A stretch of 64,000 nt of DNA. Source: Rhodothermales bacterium. GTDB taxonomy: Bacteria; Bacteroidota; Rhodothermia; Rhodothermales; VXPQ01. The notes beneath the pieces were generated by a model. That model was not told the origin of the DNA. It did not search any database and saw nothing but the letters and a program-made list of their open reading frames with translations. Within the stretch, counting starts at the first letter, position 1; each line of letters starts with the position of its first letter. Below, in pieces: positions 1 to 9,808 of this stretch. Both the position numbers and the translations under genes were made by a program. Where the stretch lies: the NCBI GenBank assembly GCA_040904565.1, contig JBBDTI010000054.1, forward strand, positions 1-64,000, given 5' to 3'.

Positions 1-1070
1 TCGATTGCGGGGGGCTCCTCGTCAGCGGCGGCAACGTGGCGAACGCGGTCGGATTGCTTGCCGCGCGCGTGGCTTCGGCACCCTGGAACATCCGGGAGGA
101 GGGACAGGCCTCCCCCGGGGCCCCGCGCCTGCGCGTCTATGCCTCTCGCGAGACGCACACGTGGATCGAGAATGCGACGGATCTATCCGGGCTCGGAACC
201 GACGCGGTCCGGTGGATTCCGACGGACGACGACCTGCGGATGGACGTCGCGCAGGTCCGCGACGTCCTCAAGCGCGATCGGGATGCGGGCGATGTGCCGA
301 TGGCCGTCGTGGGCACGGCCGGCACGGTAAGCACGGGTGCGGTGGATCCGATCGCCGCGCTGGCGGATCTCTGCCGCGAGGAGAACGTGTGGCTGCACGT
401 AGACGGCGCGTACGGCGGGTTCGCGGCGGCGGTCCCCGGAGCGCCGGAGGACCTTCGCGCATTGGGACGGGCCGACTCCGTGGCCCTGGATCCCCATAAA
501 TGGCTCTACGCGCCGCTCGAGGCGGGCTGCGTGCTCGTCCGCGATCCCGAGCTGCTGCGAAACGCGTTTTCCTATCACCCTCCCTACTATCATTTCGGCG
601 TGGAGGCCATCAACTATCACGACTACGGTCCGCAGAATTCGCGCGGCTTTCGGGCATTGAAGGTCTGGATGGGACTTCGCCAGGCTGGACGCAGGGGGTA
701 CGAGCGGATGATCGGTGACGACATGGAGCTGAGTCGACGCCTCTTCGCCACGCTGGAAGGACACCCGAGCTTCGAAGCCATCACGCAGTCGCTAAGCATC
801 GCCACGTTTCGCTACGTCCCGCCGGATCTGGCTGGACGGGCCGGGGAGGCCTCCGTGGCGTCGTATCTAAATAGATTGAACGAGACGCTCCTGGATCGCA
901 TTCAGTCGAGCGGACTCGCCTTCGTATCGAATGCCGTGATCGGCGAACGGTACGTCCTGCGCGCCTGCATCGTGAATTTCAACACGACGGCAGAAGACGT
1001 CGACGCCCTCCCCGGCATCGTCGATCGACTCGGGGCGGAAGTGGATGAGGCCCTGCGGGAGGCGACGTAG
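1..1070 (+). CDS. PLP-dependent group II decarboxylase (aromatic-L-amino-acid/glutamate decarboxylase family), 5'-partial
   Basis: Frame is open from the window start (..GLLVSGGNVAN..). Motifs: GTVSTGAVDP, WLHVDGAYGG, PLP lysine motif DPHKWL, C-terminal LRACIVNFNT. Confidence 0.9.
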   Translation, partial: DCGGLLVSGGNVANAVGLLAARVASAPWNIREEGQASPGAPRLRVYASRETHTWIENATDLSGLGTDAVRWIPTDDDLRMDVAQVRDVLKRDRDAGDVPMAVVGTAGTVSTGAVDPIAALADLCREENVWLHVDGAYGGFAAAVPGAPEDLRALGRADSVALDPHKWLYAPLEAGCVLVRDPELLRNAFSYHPPYYHFGVEAINYHDYGPQNSRGFRALKVWMGLRQAGRRGYERMIGDDMELSRRLFATLEGHPSFEAITQSLSIATFRYVPPDLAGRAGEASVASYLNRLNETLLDRIQSSGLAFVSNAVIGERYVLRACIVNFNTTAEDVDALPGIVDRLGAEVDEALREAT

Positions 1071-1110
1071 ACGAGTGGTAACCGATTCGGATCTACTCGA
1101 CGGCCTCGAT

Positions 1111-2406
1111 CTAGAAGAAGATCACACTGTTCCCGCTGCCTCCTCCGAATCGGGGATTCACGACGTTGTTGAATTTGGATCCGAACTGGTACCCGATGCC
1201 GAATGAAAAGAAGTAGCGCCAGTTCGTTTCCAGCTGCCGGCGCCGCAGCAGCACGTCTTCGTCCGACGCGTCCCCTTTAGGCAGGTACAGCTGATCTCGC
1301 ACGAACGAGACGTTTCCGCGTCCGTTCACCGTGAATCCGCGAAAGAGCCTGAACTGGACGCTGCCGCCCAGGCCGAGGTTGAATTTGGACAGATCGAAAA
1401 AATACTGGGTGCCGTCCAGCGACACGCCGACGTTGCCCCAGGGCTGCTTGACGGACACGACGGATTCCATTCTGTGTCCGAAGCGCGTTTCCTCCATCCG
1501 GTTGAAGATCGTGGTGTCGGCGTAGTTGAAATGCGTTACGCCGAGGGAATACTGCAGCGTAAGCAGCTTCCGGGTCGACTCCGAATACGGGAACAGATTA
1601 TACTCGATGGCAGGTGCGGCGATAAATTGAAGGTCGTAATTCAGCCGGGTCGATCGCGTGCCGAAGACGCGTGCACCGGCCGACCAGTGCGGTCCGAGGC
1701 TCGCGACGGCGAGGCCGTCGGCGCCGTACGTTCCCTGAATGTCGACCGTCTCGGTTCCGTCGCTGAGTTCGAACGTCTGCGTTCTCCGAGACCCGCTGAG
1801 CGAAAAGCGAAACTTGGACGCCTCGGTCACCCTGCCGGCGCTTGCCGAGCCCGAGAGATTCATCACCTGATAGCGATCCTCACCGTTCGCGAATGCATTC
1901 ACGCGCGTATTGAACACCCAGAAATTCCACGGGTCTTCCGCGGCCACCGTTTGCGCGCCTTCGTCCGCGGGCGCTTCGTACCTGAACTCGAAGCGACTCA
2001 GAAGCGGTGTGCGACTGATGTAGCGGAGCAGTCCGGCCCGAAAAACCTGTGTGATGCCGGCGCGAATCTCATCGTTCGTGGCAGTGGCTTCGGACGTATG
2101 GGTTAACGTCTCCTCCAGCTGTTCGAACGGGCCTTGACCGATGAACGCGATGGTGAACCGCCTCCCACCTCCGCCCGTCGATTCCGACGTGAGCAACACG
2201 TGTACGTCCGCGTCCTGTCGATCGCGTACGTAATTGACGAAGGGCATCTCCGTGCGGAAATAGTCGAAGTCGCACAAGAACGTATCGCAGTCGATGAATA
2301 CGTTCAGTAGCCCCGCACGATCTTCTTCAGCCTCCTGCGCCAGTGCAGGGGCTGCTAACAGAAGGAGTAGGATAGCTGTGCACCGTAGGGCGACGATCCG
2401 GAGCAT
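1111..2406 (-). CDS. Exported hypothetical protein, probably an outer-membrane beta-barrel with an N-terminal alpha/beta domain
   Basis: 431 aa with Sec signal (LLLLLAAPALAQ), alternating aromatic/Gly beta-strand pattern in the C-terminal two-thirds, and terminal Phe. Confidence 0.7.
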   Translation of the reverse strand: MLRIVALRCTAILLLLLAAPALAQEAEEDRAGLLNVFIDCDTFLCDFDYFRTEMPFVNYVRDRQDADVHVLLTSESTGGGGRRFTIAFIGQGPFEQLEETLTHTSEATATNDEIRAGITQVFRAGLLRYISRTPLLSRFEFRYEAPADEGAQTVAAEDPWNFWVFNTRVNAFANGEDRYQVMNLSGSASAGRVTEASKFRFSLSGSRRTQTFELSDGTETVDIQGTYGADGLAVASLGPHWSAGARVFGTRSTRLNYDLQFIAAPAIEYNLFPYSESTRKLLTLQYSLGVTHFNYADTTIFNRMEETRFGHRMESVVSVKQPWGNVGVSLDGTQYFFDLSKFNLGLGGSVQFRLFRGFTVNGRGNVSFVRDQLYLPKGDASDEDVLLRRRQLETNWRYFFSFGIGYQFGSKFNNVVNPRFGGGSGNSVIFF

Positions 2407-2470
2407 GATGACGGGTATGGCTGCTGAAGGTTACGCGATGGTACGTTGACCCCGACAGCCGACACCGCAA

Positions 2471-2592
2471 CCTCGGCACAGCACTCTCGGCATCGAACTT
2501 CTCGGCACCGGGCCCCCGCACGGGACTTCTCGGCACCGGACATTCGGCACCGGACATTCGGCACCCGATACTCGGCACCCCGCACCCGGCAC
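2471..2592. repeat. Degenerate 14-bp tandem repeat, about 9 units (e.g. CATTCGGCACCGGA)
   Basis: TCGGCA core at 2473, 2487, 2502, 2530, 2544, 2558 and 2572, with degenerate copies at about 2516 and 2586. Confidence 0.85.
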
Positions 2593-2610
2593 TACATTGC
2601 CAACCCGCAT

Positions 2611-2616
2611 AGTATA
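2611..2616 (-). promoter_or_regulatory. Putative -10 box TATACT for the 1111..2406 gene
   Basis: AGTATA on + strand in an AT-rich patch of a divergent intergenic region. The same hexamer precedes several other genes. Confidence 0.35.
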
Positions 2617-2796
2617 CAGGTATTCCGAAATCTTATCTGTGCGTGGACGGACTCGATGAATCGGCACGTACGTCCTATACGGGAATTCCATCCCACGTTT
2701 AGTACATTGTCCAACGGTACGGCCGGCGTCGCCAGGACGAGAAGGCTGCTGCCGACTATCGCATCGGATGCCATCGTCACGTTGAGGAAACACCGG

Positions 2797-3732
2797 ATGA
2801 AACGCTCTTTGGGAATCTACGCGCTCGTGATCGCGGCCGGTCTGTTCATGACCGCGGGTTCGGCCTCCGCTCAGGACGCTTCCGGAGACGACCCCGTCCT
2901 GGAAAGCAGTCTCGAGGTGTTCGACATTACCACGGGCGAACGTAGCGTCGTATACCGCCGGCAGGCGCACTTCGAGGCACCGAACTGGTCGATAGACGGA
3001 TCCTATTTCATCTTCAACCAGGACGGGCTCATCTACCGGTTGCCGGTCGAGGGTGGCGAGCCGACGCAGATCGATACGGGAAACATCAGCGGCTGCAACA
3101 ACGACCACGGGATTACGGCCGACGGCGAGACGCTCATCGTCAGCTGTTCGTCCGAGGCGGGTACGTCCATCGTCTACACGCTGCCGATCGAAGGCGGCAC
3201 CCCGACGCGCATCACCGAGCACGGGCCGTCCTACTGGCACGGGGTCTCGCCCGTAGACAACACGCTGGCCTACGTCGGCCTCCGCGACGGTGACTACGAC
3301 ATCTACACGATTCCCTTTAAAGGAGGCGAAGAGACCCGGCTCACGACGGCACCCGGGCTGGATGACGGGCCCGACTACTCGCCGGACGGGCAGTTTATTT
3401 ATTTCAATTCCGTCCGCACGGGCACCATGCAGATTTACCGCATGAACGCGGACGGGAGCGATGAGATCGCGCTCACCGACGATGAATATAACGACTGGTT
3501 TCCGCATCCATCGCCCGACGGCGAATGGCTCGTCTTTCTGTCGTATTTCCCGGACGTCGAGGGCCATCCGGCCAACAAGAACGTGATGCTGCGAATCATG
3601 CCGGCCGACGGAAGCGAGGAGCCGCGCGTCCTTACGCGCCTCTTCGGCGGACAGGGCACGATCAACGTGCCGTCGTGGGCACCCGATGGCGAGCGGTTCG
3701 CTTTCGTGAGCTACCGACTGCTCGACGAGTGA
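2797..3732 (+). CDS. TolB-like / PD40 beta-propeller periplasmic protein
   Basis: Start MKRSLGIY at 2797 with GAGGA RBS and signal peptide. Repeated blades: [35 protein letters not shown]. Confidence 0.85.
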   Translation: MKRSLGIYALVIAAGLFMTAGSASAQDASGDDPVLESSLEVFDITTGERSVVYRRQAHFEAPNWSIDGSYFIFNQDGLIYRLPVEGGEPTQIDTGNISGCNNDHGITADGETLIVSCSSEAGTSIVYTLPIEGGTPTRITEHGPSYWHGVSPVDNTLAYVGLRDGDYDIYTIPFKGGEETRLTTAPGLDDGPDYSPDGQFIYFNSVRTGTMQIYRMNADGSDEIALTDDEYNDWFPHPSPDGEWLVFLSYFPDVEGHPANKNVMLRIMPADGSEEPRVLTRLFGGQGTINVPSWAPDGERFAFVSYRLLDE

Positions 3733-6422
3733 TCCGGCGAGTGATCCGTATTGACACGTCGTACGACGAGCAGCGTCATGTCGTCGTGGCTCGGTGCGTT
3801 CCGACGAAAACCGTTTACATCGTCGACGATGCGCCGTACTAACCGGGAAGCGTCGTCCTGCTCGGCACCGGTTTGTATGGCGACGGCGGCCTCGAGCCGG
3901 TCTTCCCCATACAGTTCGCGCCGCGGATTCATGGCTTCCGTGACGCCGTCGGTGTAGACGATGACGACGTCGCCTTCGTCCAGATGAAACGTGACTTCCT
4001 CGATCGAGGCCTCGAACATGGCGGGCTCGGTCAGGCCCAGCGCCGCACCGGCCGGTTTGACGACCTCGAGGCGTCCGGCCGCCTTTCGGAGAAGCAGCGG
4101 GTTGTGGCCCGCCCGGGCAAAGGTCAGCGTACCTTCCTCGAGATCGATCACGCACAGGGCCATCGACATGAACGTATCGCGCGCGGCGTTCCTCCGAAAA
4201 ATCGCGTTGGCACGGGTCAGCACGCGCGCGGGTCGGGCTCCTTCATGAACGAGACTCTGCAGGATGCCCTTCATCAGCGTCATGTAAAACGCCGCCTCCA
4301 TTCCTTTGCCGCTGACATCGCCAACGACGAAGGCCAGCGTACGGTCATCCAGCTCGAAAAAATCGTAGTAGTCTCCACCGACGTCGTAGGCGGGCAGACA
4401 AACCGACGCGATGTCGAGTCCCTCCATCTCGGGGTTCGCGCGGGGTAGAAAAGAGAGCTGCATGGAGCGCGCCAGCTCGAGCTCGCGCTCCAGGCGTTCC
4501 TTTCGCGTCAATTCTTCGATGTAGTCGGGGACGATCGTCGGTATGTCGTCTCCGGTGCGGCCGCCGGCAACGCCCACGCCGCCCAGCACGACGAGTCCGC
4601 CGACGAGCAGCAGCGAGAGACCGGCACCCACGAATTCAGGCGTACTCGTAACGACCCATCCGGGAACGACGTCCCAGAGGAGCGTGAAAACGAACAGGGA
4701 TACGATGAGCGACAGCACGTCGAACCGCCAGAGCGTCCATCCGAGAACCAGTCCGATCACGCCGGATAGGGCGAACGAATATGCGACGGGATGCACGTCG
4801 AGCGGAGAGATCTGGGTGATGAGAAGCGTCAGCGCGACGACGCCGATGACGATCGTGGGGGACGAGGTTCTGGCTCGGATGATGGCGGCCGGCCCGACGA
4901 CGACCAGGTAGGCTACGAAGATCGTCAAAAAGACGGCTGACATGGCGGCGATCATGAAATCGGTACCGGGGACGGCCGACGTGAAAAATAGCGGGTCGGA
5001 GGATAGTATCAGCGAATCCACCGGGAGCAACGTGAGCGCCGCCGCCAGCAGTCCGACGATGGAAAGCCCCATCAGCGCTCCCCGCACGAGGGATCGACCG
5101 ACAGGCACGTTTCGCACGTAGGCTCCCCGGACGAGGTCGAGCGTCTGCATCTTCTCGTTCCACTCGTCCCGTACGGACGACGTAGCCGTACTGGATAGAA
5201 AAAAGATCAGTACGCCCGCGAGAAGCGCTATTACCGCTATGCCGAAAAATGCCATCAAGAGTTCGAACGAGAGCGACCAGGGGACCTCGCTCAGGATTCG
5301 TCCGCCGAGCGCGATGCCGGCCGCCACGCCGCCTATGAGTCCGTCTCTCGCCGCGGAACCGACATCGATGAGCTGATACCGTATCCGGCGCAGGAAGACG
5401 AAAAACGCCAGAATGATGAGGATCAGGTACGTGACGACCTGAATCATGTCGAGGACGTCGCTCACGTCGGCGCCGTTCGAGGCGGCCGTGCCGGTGAAAT
5501 TTGGATCGAGGCGGAGGAGTCCACCCGTCGGGGCAATCTCCATGACGGCCGAAAAGCGTTCGCCGGGCGCCGAATCGATCGACGACAGGTGAACGGATGC
5601 CGTCGTGCGTCCGTCCCGTCCTGAAGCGGTGACGGAGTCGATGCGCGCCGTAGCCTGCGCAACGGCGTCAGCGAAGAGCGTGCCGCCCAGGTGGTATCGC
5701 GCCAGGGCGGCGGCATCGGCCTGGTTCAGAAGTACGCGAGCCTCGGGGCGAAGGTAGAAGGGGCGAAGCTCCGGTGGGTCGTTTAACGATCGGTCGTCCC
5801 CACCGCGGGCTCCGCGAAAGGATGGGGTGGCGGGCGGGTCGTTGAATCGAAACGTCCACCTTTCCGCGCCCACGGAATCGATCAGCACCCGCTGCAGTGA
5901 ATCGGGCGTCAGCGAGCGGAGGATGTCATGGTGGAGTGCACCCGTACCGGAGAATGATTCGTCGAGCGAGAGGCCGAACGGTCGTCCGTCCAGGGTTAAA
6001 TGGATGGACGCGATCTCTTCCATCTCGCTATCCGTCGTGACGCCGACCACGGTACCTCCGCCGGCGTCATCGTCACGGACGATTTCCGTAAGCGCGATCT
6101 CCCAGTAGTAGGCCGGCACCCCCTCGCTGCGAACGAGGCGAACCGCTTCGGTTCGGCCGACTGCACGCTGCAGGGAATCGAGAAGTTCGGCGTCCCGGCG
6201 TATGCGTGCTTGCGACGGATCGCCCGCGATTGTCCCGCCCGTGTGGATCCGTAGAAACGTGCGCCCAGCCTCCACGACGGAATCTCTCGGAGCGTGATCG
6301 CGCGCGGCACGGTCGGGGTGGACGGACGGCACGACGAACAGGTAGAGTGCCAGTCCGATTGCAGCCGATCCTGCGAGTACCGCGTCTACGCGATCGAAGA
6401 CCTTACGAAGCGGCGTTAGCAT
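3711..6422 (-). CDS. Multi-pass membrane PP2C/SpoIIE (RsbU-like) serine phosphatase
   Basis: C-terminal PP2C motifs [29 protein letters not shown]. Preceded by a coiled coil ([14 protein letters not shown]), many TM helices and a large extracytoplasmic N-domain. Start could be 6422 or up to 6476. Confidence 0.9.
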   Translation of the reverse strand: MLTPLRKVFDRVDAVLAGSAAIGLALYLFVVPSVHPDRAARDHAPRDSVVEAGRTFLRIHTGGTIAGDPSQARIRRDAELLDSLQRAVGRTEAVRLVRSEGVPAYYWEIALTEIVRDDDAGGGTVVGVTTDSEMEEIASIHLTLDGRPFGLSLDESFSGTGALHHDILRSLTPDSLQRVLIDSVGAERWTFRFNDPPATPSFRGARGGDDRSLNDPPELRPFYLRPEARVLLNQADAAALARYHLGGTLFADAVAQATARIDSVTASGRDGRTTASVHLSSIDSAPGERFSAVMEIAPTGGLLRLDPNFTGTAASNGADVSDVLDMIQVVTYLILIILAFFVFLRRIRYQLIDVGSAARDGLIGGVAAGIALGGRILSEVPWSLSFELLMAFFGIAVIALLAGVLIFFLSSTATSSVRDEWNEKMQTLDLVRGAYVRNVPVGRSLVRGALMGLSIVGLLAAALTLLPVDSLILSSDPLFFTSAVPGTDFMIAAMSAVFLTIFVAYLVVVGPAAIIRARTSSPTIVIGVVALTLLITQISPLDVHPVAYSFALSGVIGLVLGWTLWRFDVLSLIVSLFVFTLLWDVVPGWVVTSTPEFVGAGLSLLLVGGLVVLGGVGVAGGRTGDDIPTIVPDYIEELTRKERLERELELARSMQLSFLPRANPEMEGLDIASVCLPAYDVGGDYYDFFELDDRTLAFVVGDVSGKGMEAAFYMTLMKGILQSLVHEGARPARVLTRANAIFRRNAARDTFMSMALCVIDLEEGTLTFARAGHNPLLLRKAAGRLEVVKPAGAALGLTEPAMFEASIEEVTFHLDEGDVVIVYTDGVTEAMNPRRELYGEDRLEAAVAIQTGAEQDDASRLVRRIVDDVNGFRRNAPSHDDMTLLVVRRVNTDHSPDHSSSSR

Positions 6423-6740
6423 GCAGACAAGCATTCGATGTGCATGGTGTCCGAAGATCGATGTGGCCCGTCGCATCGGTGAGCCGCCAAGTTACGGAAA
6501 GGCACTGGGAAATGATGGATGGAGTGCAGGTGCTTCCTGCACCGACTGCACCGAACATCTAACGGGATCACGTACGCCGGCATGACGTGGCTCGCCACAC
6601 CGTTCGTTGCATACGATGCACGTCGTAGCTACCATGTTTTTGTCGGTTCGATGGAGCGCAATTGCGGCGTCGATCGAGGCCGGCGCTCGAAATTCGCCAC
6701 CATCCACCTGTACCTATTACAGACAACCAGCTCTTAGCCC

Positions 6741-7730
6741 ATGAAATCGGTTCGTTTCGGCGTACTTAGCACGGCCAAGATCGGCCGCCAGAAAGTCATT
6801 CCCGCCATGCAGCAGGGCGAGCTTATCAACGTGACGGCTATTGCATCGCGAAACGCCGAGCGGGCGCAGGCGACGGCCGAGGAGCTCGGCATCGACAACG
6901 CCTACGGATCGTACGAAGAGTTACTGGAGGATGCCGACGTCGACGCCGTGTACATTCCCCTGCCCAATCACCTGCACGTCGAGTGGGCGATCAAGGCCCT
7001 TGAAGCGGGCAAGCACGTGCTGTGCGAGAAGCCGATCGGGTTGGATGCGGACGACGCCCGGCGGCTCGTTCGCGCTGCGGCGGACCATCCAAAGCTGAAA
7101 GTGATGGAGGCCTTCATGTACCGATTCCATCCCCAGTGGCAACGCGCCTACGATCTGGTTGCCGAGGGGGCCATCGGCGAGCTGCGTGCGATTCACTCGA
7201 CGTTCTCCTATTTCAACGACGATCCGGACAACGTGCGAAATCAGGCTGATATCGGAGGCGGCGCGTTGATGGACATCGGGTGCTACTGCATCTCGCTGGC
7301 TCGCTTTCTTTTCGATCGCGAGCCCGAACGAGTCTCGGGCGACATGAAGATCGACCCGGATTTCGAAACGGATTACCTGACGTCGGGCGTGATGGATTTC
7401 GGACGGGGCACGTCGACGTTCGTCTGTGCGACACAGCTTGCGCCGCATCAGAATGTGGATGTCTTCGGGTCGGAAGGCAAAATTACCATCGAAATTCCGT
7501 TCAATGCTCCGCCCAACGAGTCGACGCGCATTCGGCATACCCGGGGCGGTGAGACCGAGGAGATCACCTTCGACGCGACGAATCAGTACACCGTGCAGGG
7601 CGAGCGCTTCGCACGTGCCGTGCTGGAGGACGCCGCCGTGCCCACGCCGCTGTCCGATGCCGCCGCGAATATGGACGTGATCGACGCGATCCGGCGCAGC
7701 GCGGAGAGGGGAGCGTGGGTGGTGGTGTAG
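6741..7730 (+). CDS. Gfo/Idh/MocA family oxidoreductase
   Basis: Motifs GVLSTAKIG, HVLCEKP, EAFMYRFHPQ, GGALMDIGCY. Confidence 0.93.
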   Translation: MKSVRFGVLSTAKIGRQKVIPAMQQGELINVTAIASRNAERAQATAEELGIDNAYGSYEELLEDADVDAVYIPLPNHLHVEWAIKALEAGKHVLCEKPIGLDADDARRLVRAAADHPKLKVMEAFMYRFHPQWQRAYDLVAEGAIGELRAIHSTFSYFNDDPDNVRNQADIGGGALMDIGCYCISLARFLFDREPERVSGDMKIDPDFETDYLTSGVMDFGRGTSTFVCATQLAPHQNVDVFGSEGKITIEIPFNAPPNESTRIRHTRGGETEEITFDATNQYTVQGERFARAVLEDAAVPTPLSDAAANMDVIDAIRRSAERGAWVVV

Positions 7731-7757
7731 CCCGGCGGGCGCTCGGGTAGGATTGCA

Positions 7758-8609
7758 CTACGGCACCGCGTTCAACGACCAGTCGTAGTCGGTGTACGCG
7801 ATTTCGAACGAACCGCCGAGCAGCAGTTCACGCTCGGGGCCGGGAGGGAAGTAGCGCGCGAGATAGTCGCCGAGATGGGCAGGGCGATCGGCAGGTCTAT
7901 CTACGGTCCCACCTAAAAAATCGTCGCCGTACCAGTCGAAGATCTTGCTGAGATATACGGTTCGAGAAGAGACATCCACCCGGTTCTTTTCCGGTGAGTG
8001 AAGCAGGAACCGCCGGGTCTGGTCGTCGAGCTGATCGTCGAGGCGATTCCCGGTGTACGCCTCTCGTCGCAGCGGTGGGCAGCCGATCGCCGCGCAGACC
8101 AGCGCGAAATGAATCCGGGGCTCGTCGAATTCAGATCGGATGACGTCGTGTTCGATTTCGTCGAGCGTATAGACGGCTCCGCCGACGCGTGCTATCGGCT
8201 GCGTCCACGGACCTTTTGCTGCGATCACGCCGAGGAGGCGGTTGATGTTGCGAATGGACTCGCGTTCGTCGTGTTTGTTGACCAGCGCGATGGTGTAGGC
8301 GTTGTAGGCATTTATCCACAGCGCCAGTTCGTCGTCCCGGGAGAGCGACGCGACATCGATCTCGTCCAGGGTCGACAGATAGTCTTCGAAGGCCGGCGAG
8401 CCGGCAAAGGCGTCGTAGTCTACGAGTCCGTCTTGAGTAACGTGCTCGTTGAGCAGCCGGTCGAACGTCGAATGGTCCGGTGTGGTTGAATTCGCCGGCC
8501 GTGCGGCATCGGTGTGATTCGCCGGAATCGGTGCCCCTGACTGCGCCATCAGCCCGTCCGGGCGCGGTGCAATCGATAGCAATAGCAGGACTGGGAGGAT
8601 ACGCGTCAT
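7758..8609 (-). CDS. DUF547 domain protein (exported)
   Basis: Motifs LALWINAYNA, LDEIEH, EPRIHFALVCAAIGCPPL, SKIFDWY, YDWSLN, plus a signal peptide. Confidence 0.9.
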   Translation of the reverse strand: MTRILPVLLLLSIAPRPDGLMAQSGAPIPANHTDAARPANSTTPDHSTFDRLLNEHVTQDGLVDYDAFAGSPAFEDYLSTLDEIDVASLSRDDELALWINAYNAYTIALVNKHDERESIRNINRLLGVIAAKGPWTQPIARVGGAVYTLDEIEHDVIRSEFDEPRIHFALVCAAIGCPPLRREAYTGNRLDDQLDDQTRRFLLHSPEKNRVDVSSRTVYLSKIFDWYGDDFLGGTVDRPADRPAHLGDYLARYFPPGPERELLLGGSFEIAYTDYDWSLNAVP

Positions 8610-8690
8610 TGGCGGTCTTCGACGATCAAATGCTGCCCGGAAGGTCTCCGTGGGTTGGCGTTCACCGTGTCGGCGTTACGCACGACGACG

Positions 8691-9659
8691 TCAGTCGACG
8701 TGTACGTTCAGAAACGGCAGCACGCGGAGGCCTCGCGGGTTGTTGTGGGCGATGTTAAGGAGTCCGACCTGCACGCCATTAAGATGGCGGGCCACGTTGA
8801 GGATGCCGATCGTCAGGCCCTGTTGCGTTCCCCGGATGCGGTTGAATGCCGAGATGGAGAGGCCTTTCATCCGGCCGTTCTCTTCTACGTGGAAGTAGCC
8901 GGGTGCGACGGCAATGCCGACGATGTCTGTGGTGCCTGCCGCTACGGCACTGAGGACGAGGCCGCGTATGGTGGGCGCGCCGACGCCGGCGCCGCTGACG
9001 GCGAGCCCACGAATCGTACCGCCGGCGCCGACGCCCAGACCGCCTACGGCGATGCCGCTGAGGTTGCCGCCCGCTCCGGCGCCGAGCCCGCCGATCATAA
9101 TACCGTGAACGTCGCCTCCACCGCCTACGCCGAGTCCACCGACCGCAATACCGCTGAGATCCCCGCCCGCGCCGACTCCGAGTCCGCCTACCGCTACGCC
9201 TCGAACGTCTCGTCCGCTTCCGACGCCGAGTCCGCCAACGGCCACCCCCACGAGGTCCTGCCCGACTCCCGTTCCGAGTCCGCCTACGATAATGCCCGTG
9301 GCGGACTCATGCGCGCTGACGCCGAAGAGTCCGAGGCCCACGCCGTGAATGCGCCGCGCCCCGGTCTGGGGAAGGCCGATTGCAATCCCCCGTACGATGC
9401 CCTCGACCGGTTCGTGCGGCTCCCAGAGCGTCAGATTGAGTCCATTCACCACCTGCAGGTTTCGGTCACGGAAGTTGAGACGCACGCCGTTGACATAGGA
9501 TGCGTCGCCGATGCTCAGGCCGTAGTCACGAACGGTGAGGTCGAGGCTCTGCGCCTGAACGGCGCGAGGCGTGGCGGGCGCCATGAGGATCAGAGCGAGG
9601 AACAGAGCGAGAAGCAGAGCGCGCGCCGGATTCGGGAGAAGGATGTCTCGTCGTTTCAT
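8691..9659 (-). CDS. Exported Gly-rich repeat protein (LA_2272-like beta-solenoid)
   Basis: Start MKRRDILL at 9659 with signal peptide. About 7 repeats of 16 aa (GIAVGGLGVGAGGDLS), then GVQVGLLN..LPFLN. Confidence 0.75.
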   Translation of the reverse strand: MKRRDILLPNPARALLLALFLALILMAPATPRAVQAQSLDLTVRDYGLSIGDASYVNGVRLNFRDRNLQVVNGLNLTLWEPHEPVEGIVRGIAIGLPQTGARRIHGVGLGLFGVSAHESATGIIVGGLGTGVGQDLVGVAVGGLGVGSGRDVRGVAVGGLGVGAGGDLSGIAVGGLGVGGGGDVHGIMIGGLGAGAGGNLSGIAVGGLGVGAGGTIRGLAVSGAGVGAPTIRGLVLSAVAAGTTDIVGIAVAPGYFHVEENGRMKGLSISAFNRIRGTQQGLTIGILNVARHLNGVQVGLLNIAHNNPRGLRVLPFLNVHVD

Positions 9660-9808
9660 TTGTGTAGAAAAGAATCGTGTCGGAGAGAACGGTTCTCTTC
9701 TCCGAAAAAACGACCGAAATGTTACATGGCCCGGCAGATTGGAGATCACGTGTAATTCAGGCGCACCCACACGACACGATGTTGGCACGTATACAGGAAA
9801 AAGATCGT

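Noticed and set aside
2471-2592. Possible CRISPR array
   Set aside because: Units are contiguous 14-mers with no unique spacers, and no cas genes are present.
2446-2796. 117-aa N-terminal extension of the TolB-like ORF
   Set aside because: It is translated repeat DNA. The RBS and signal peptide point to the ATG at 2797.
6416-6737. Small Cys-containing ORFs in the divergent gap
   Set aside because: Several overlapping frames exist with no recognisable motif or RBS, and the region is probably promoter DNA. A small protein cannot be fully excluded.
8655-9755. 366-aa Ala/Asp-rich plus-strand ORF
   Set aside because: It is the antisense shadow of the Gly-rich repeat gene.
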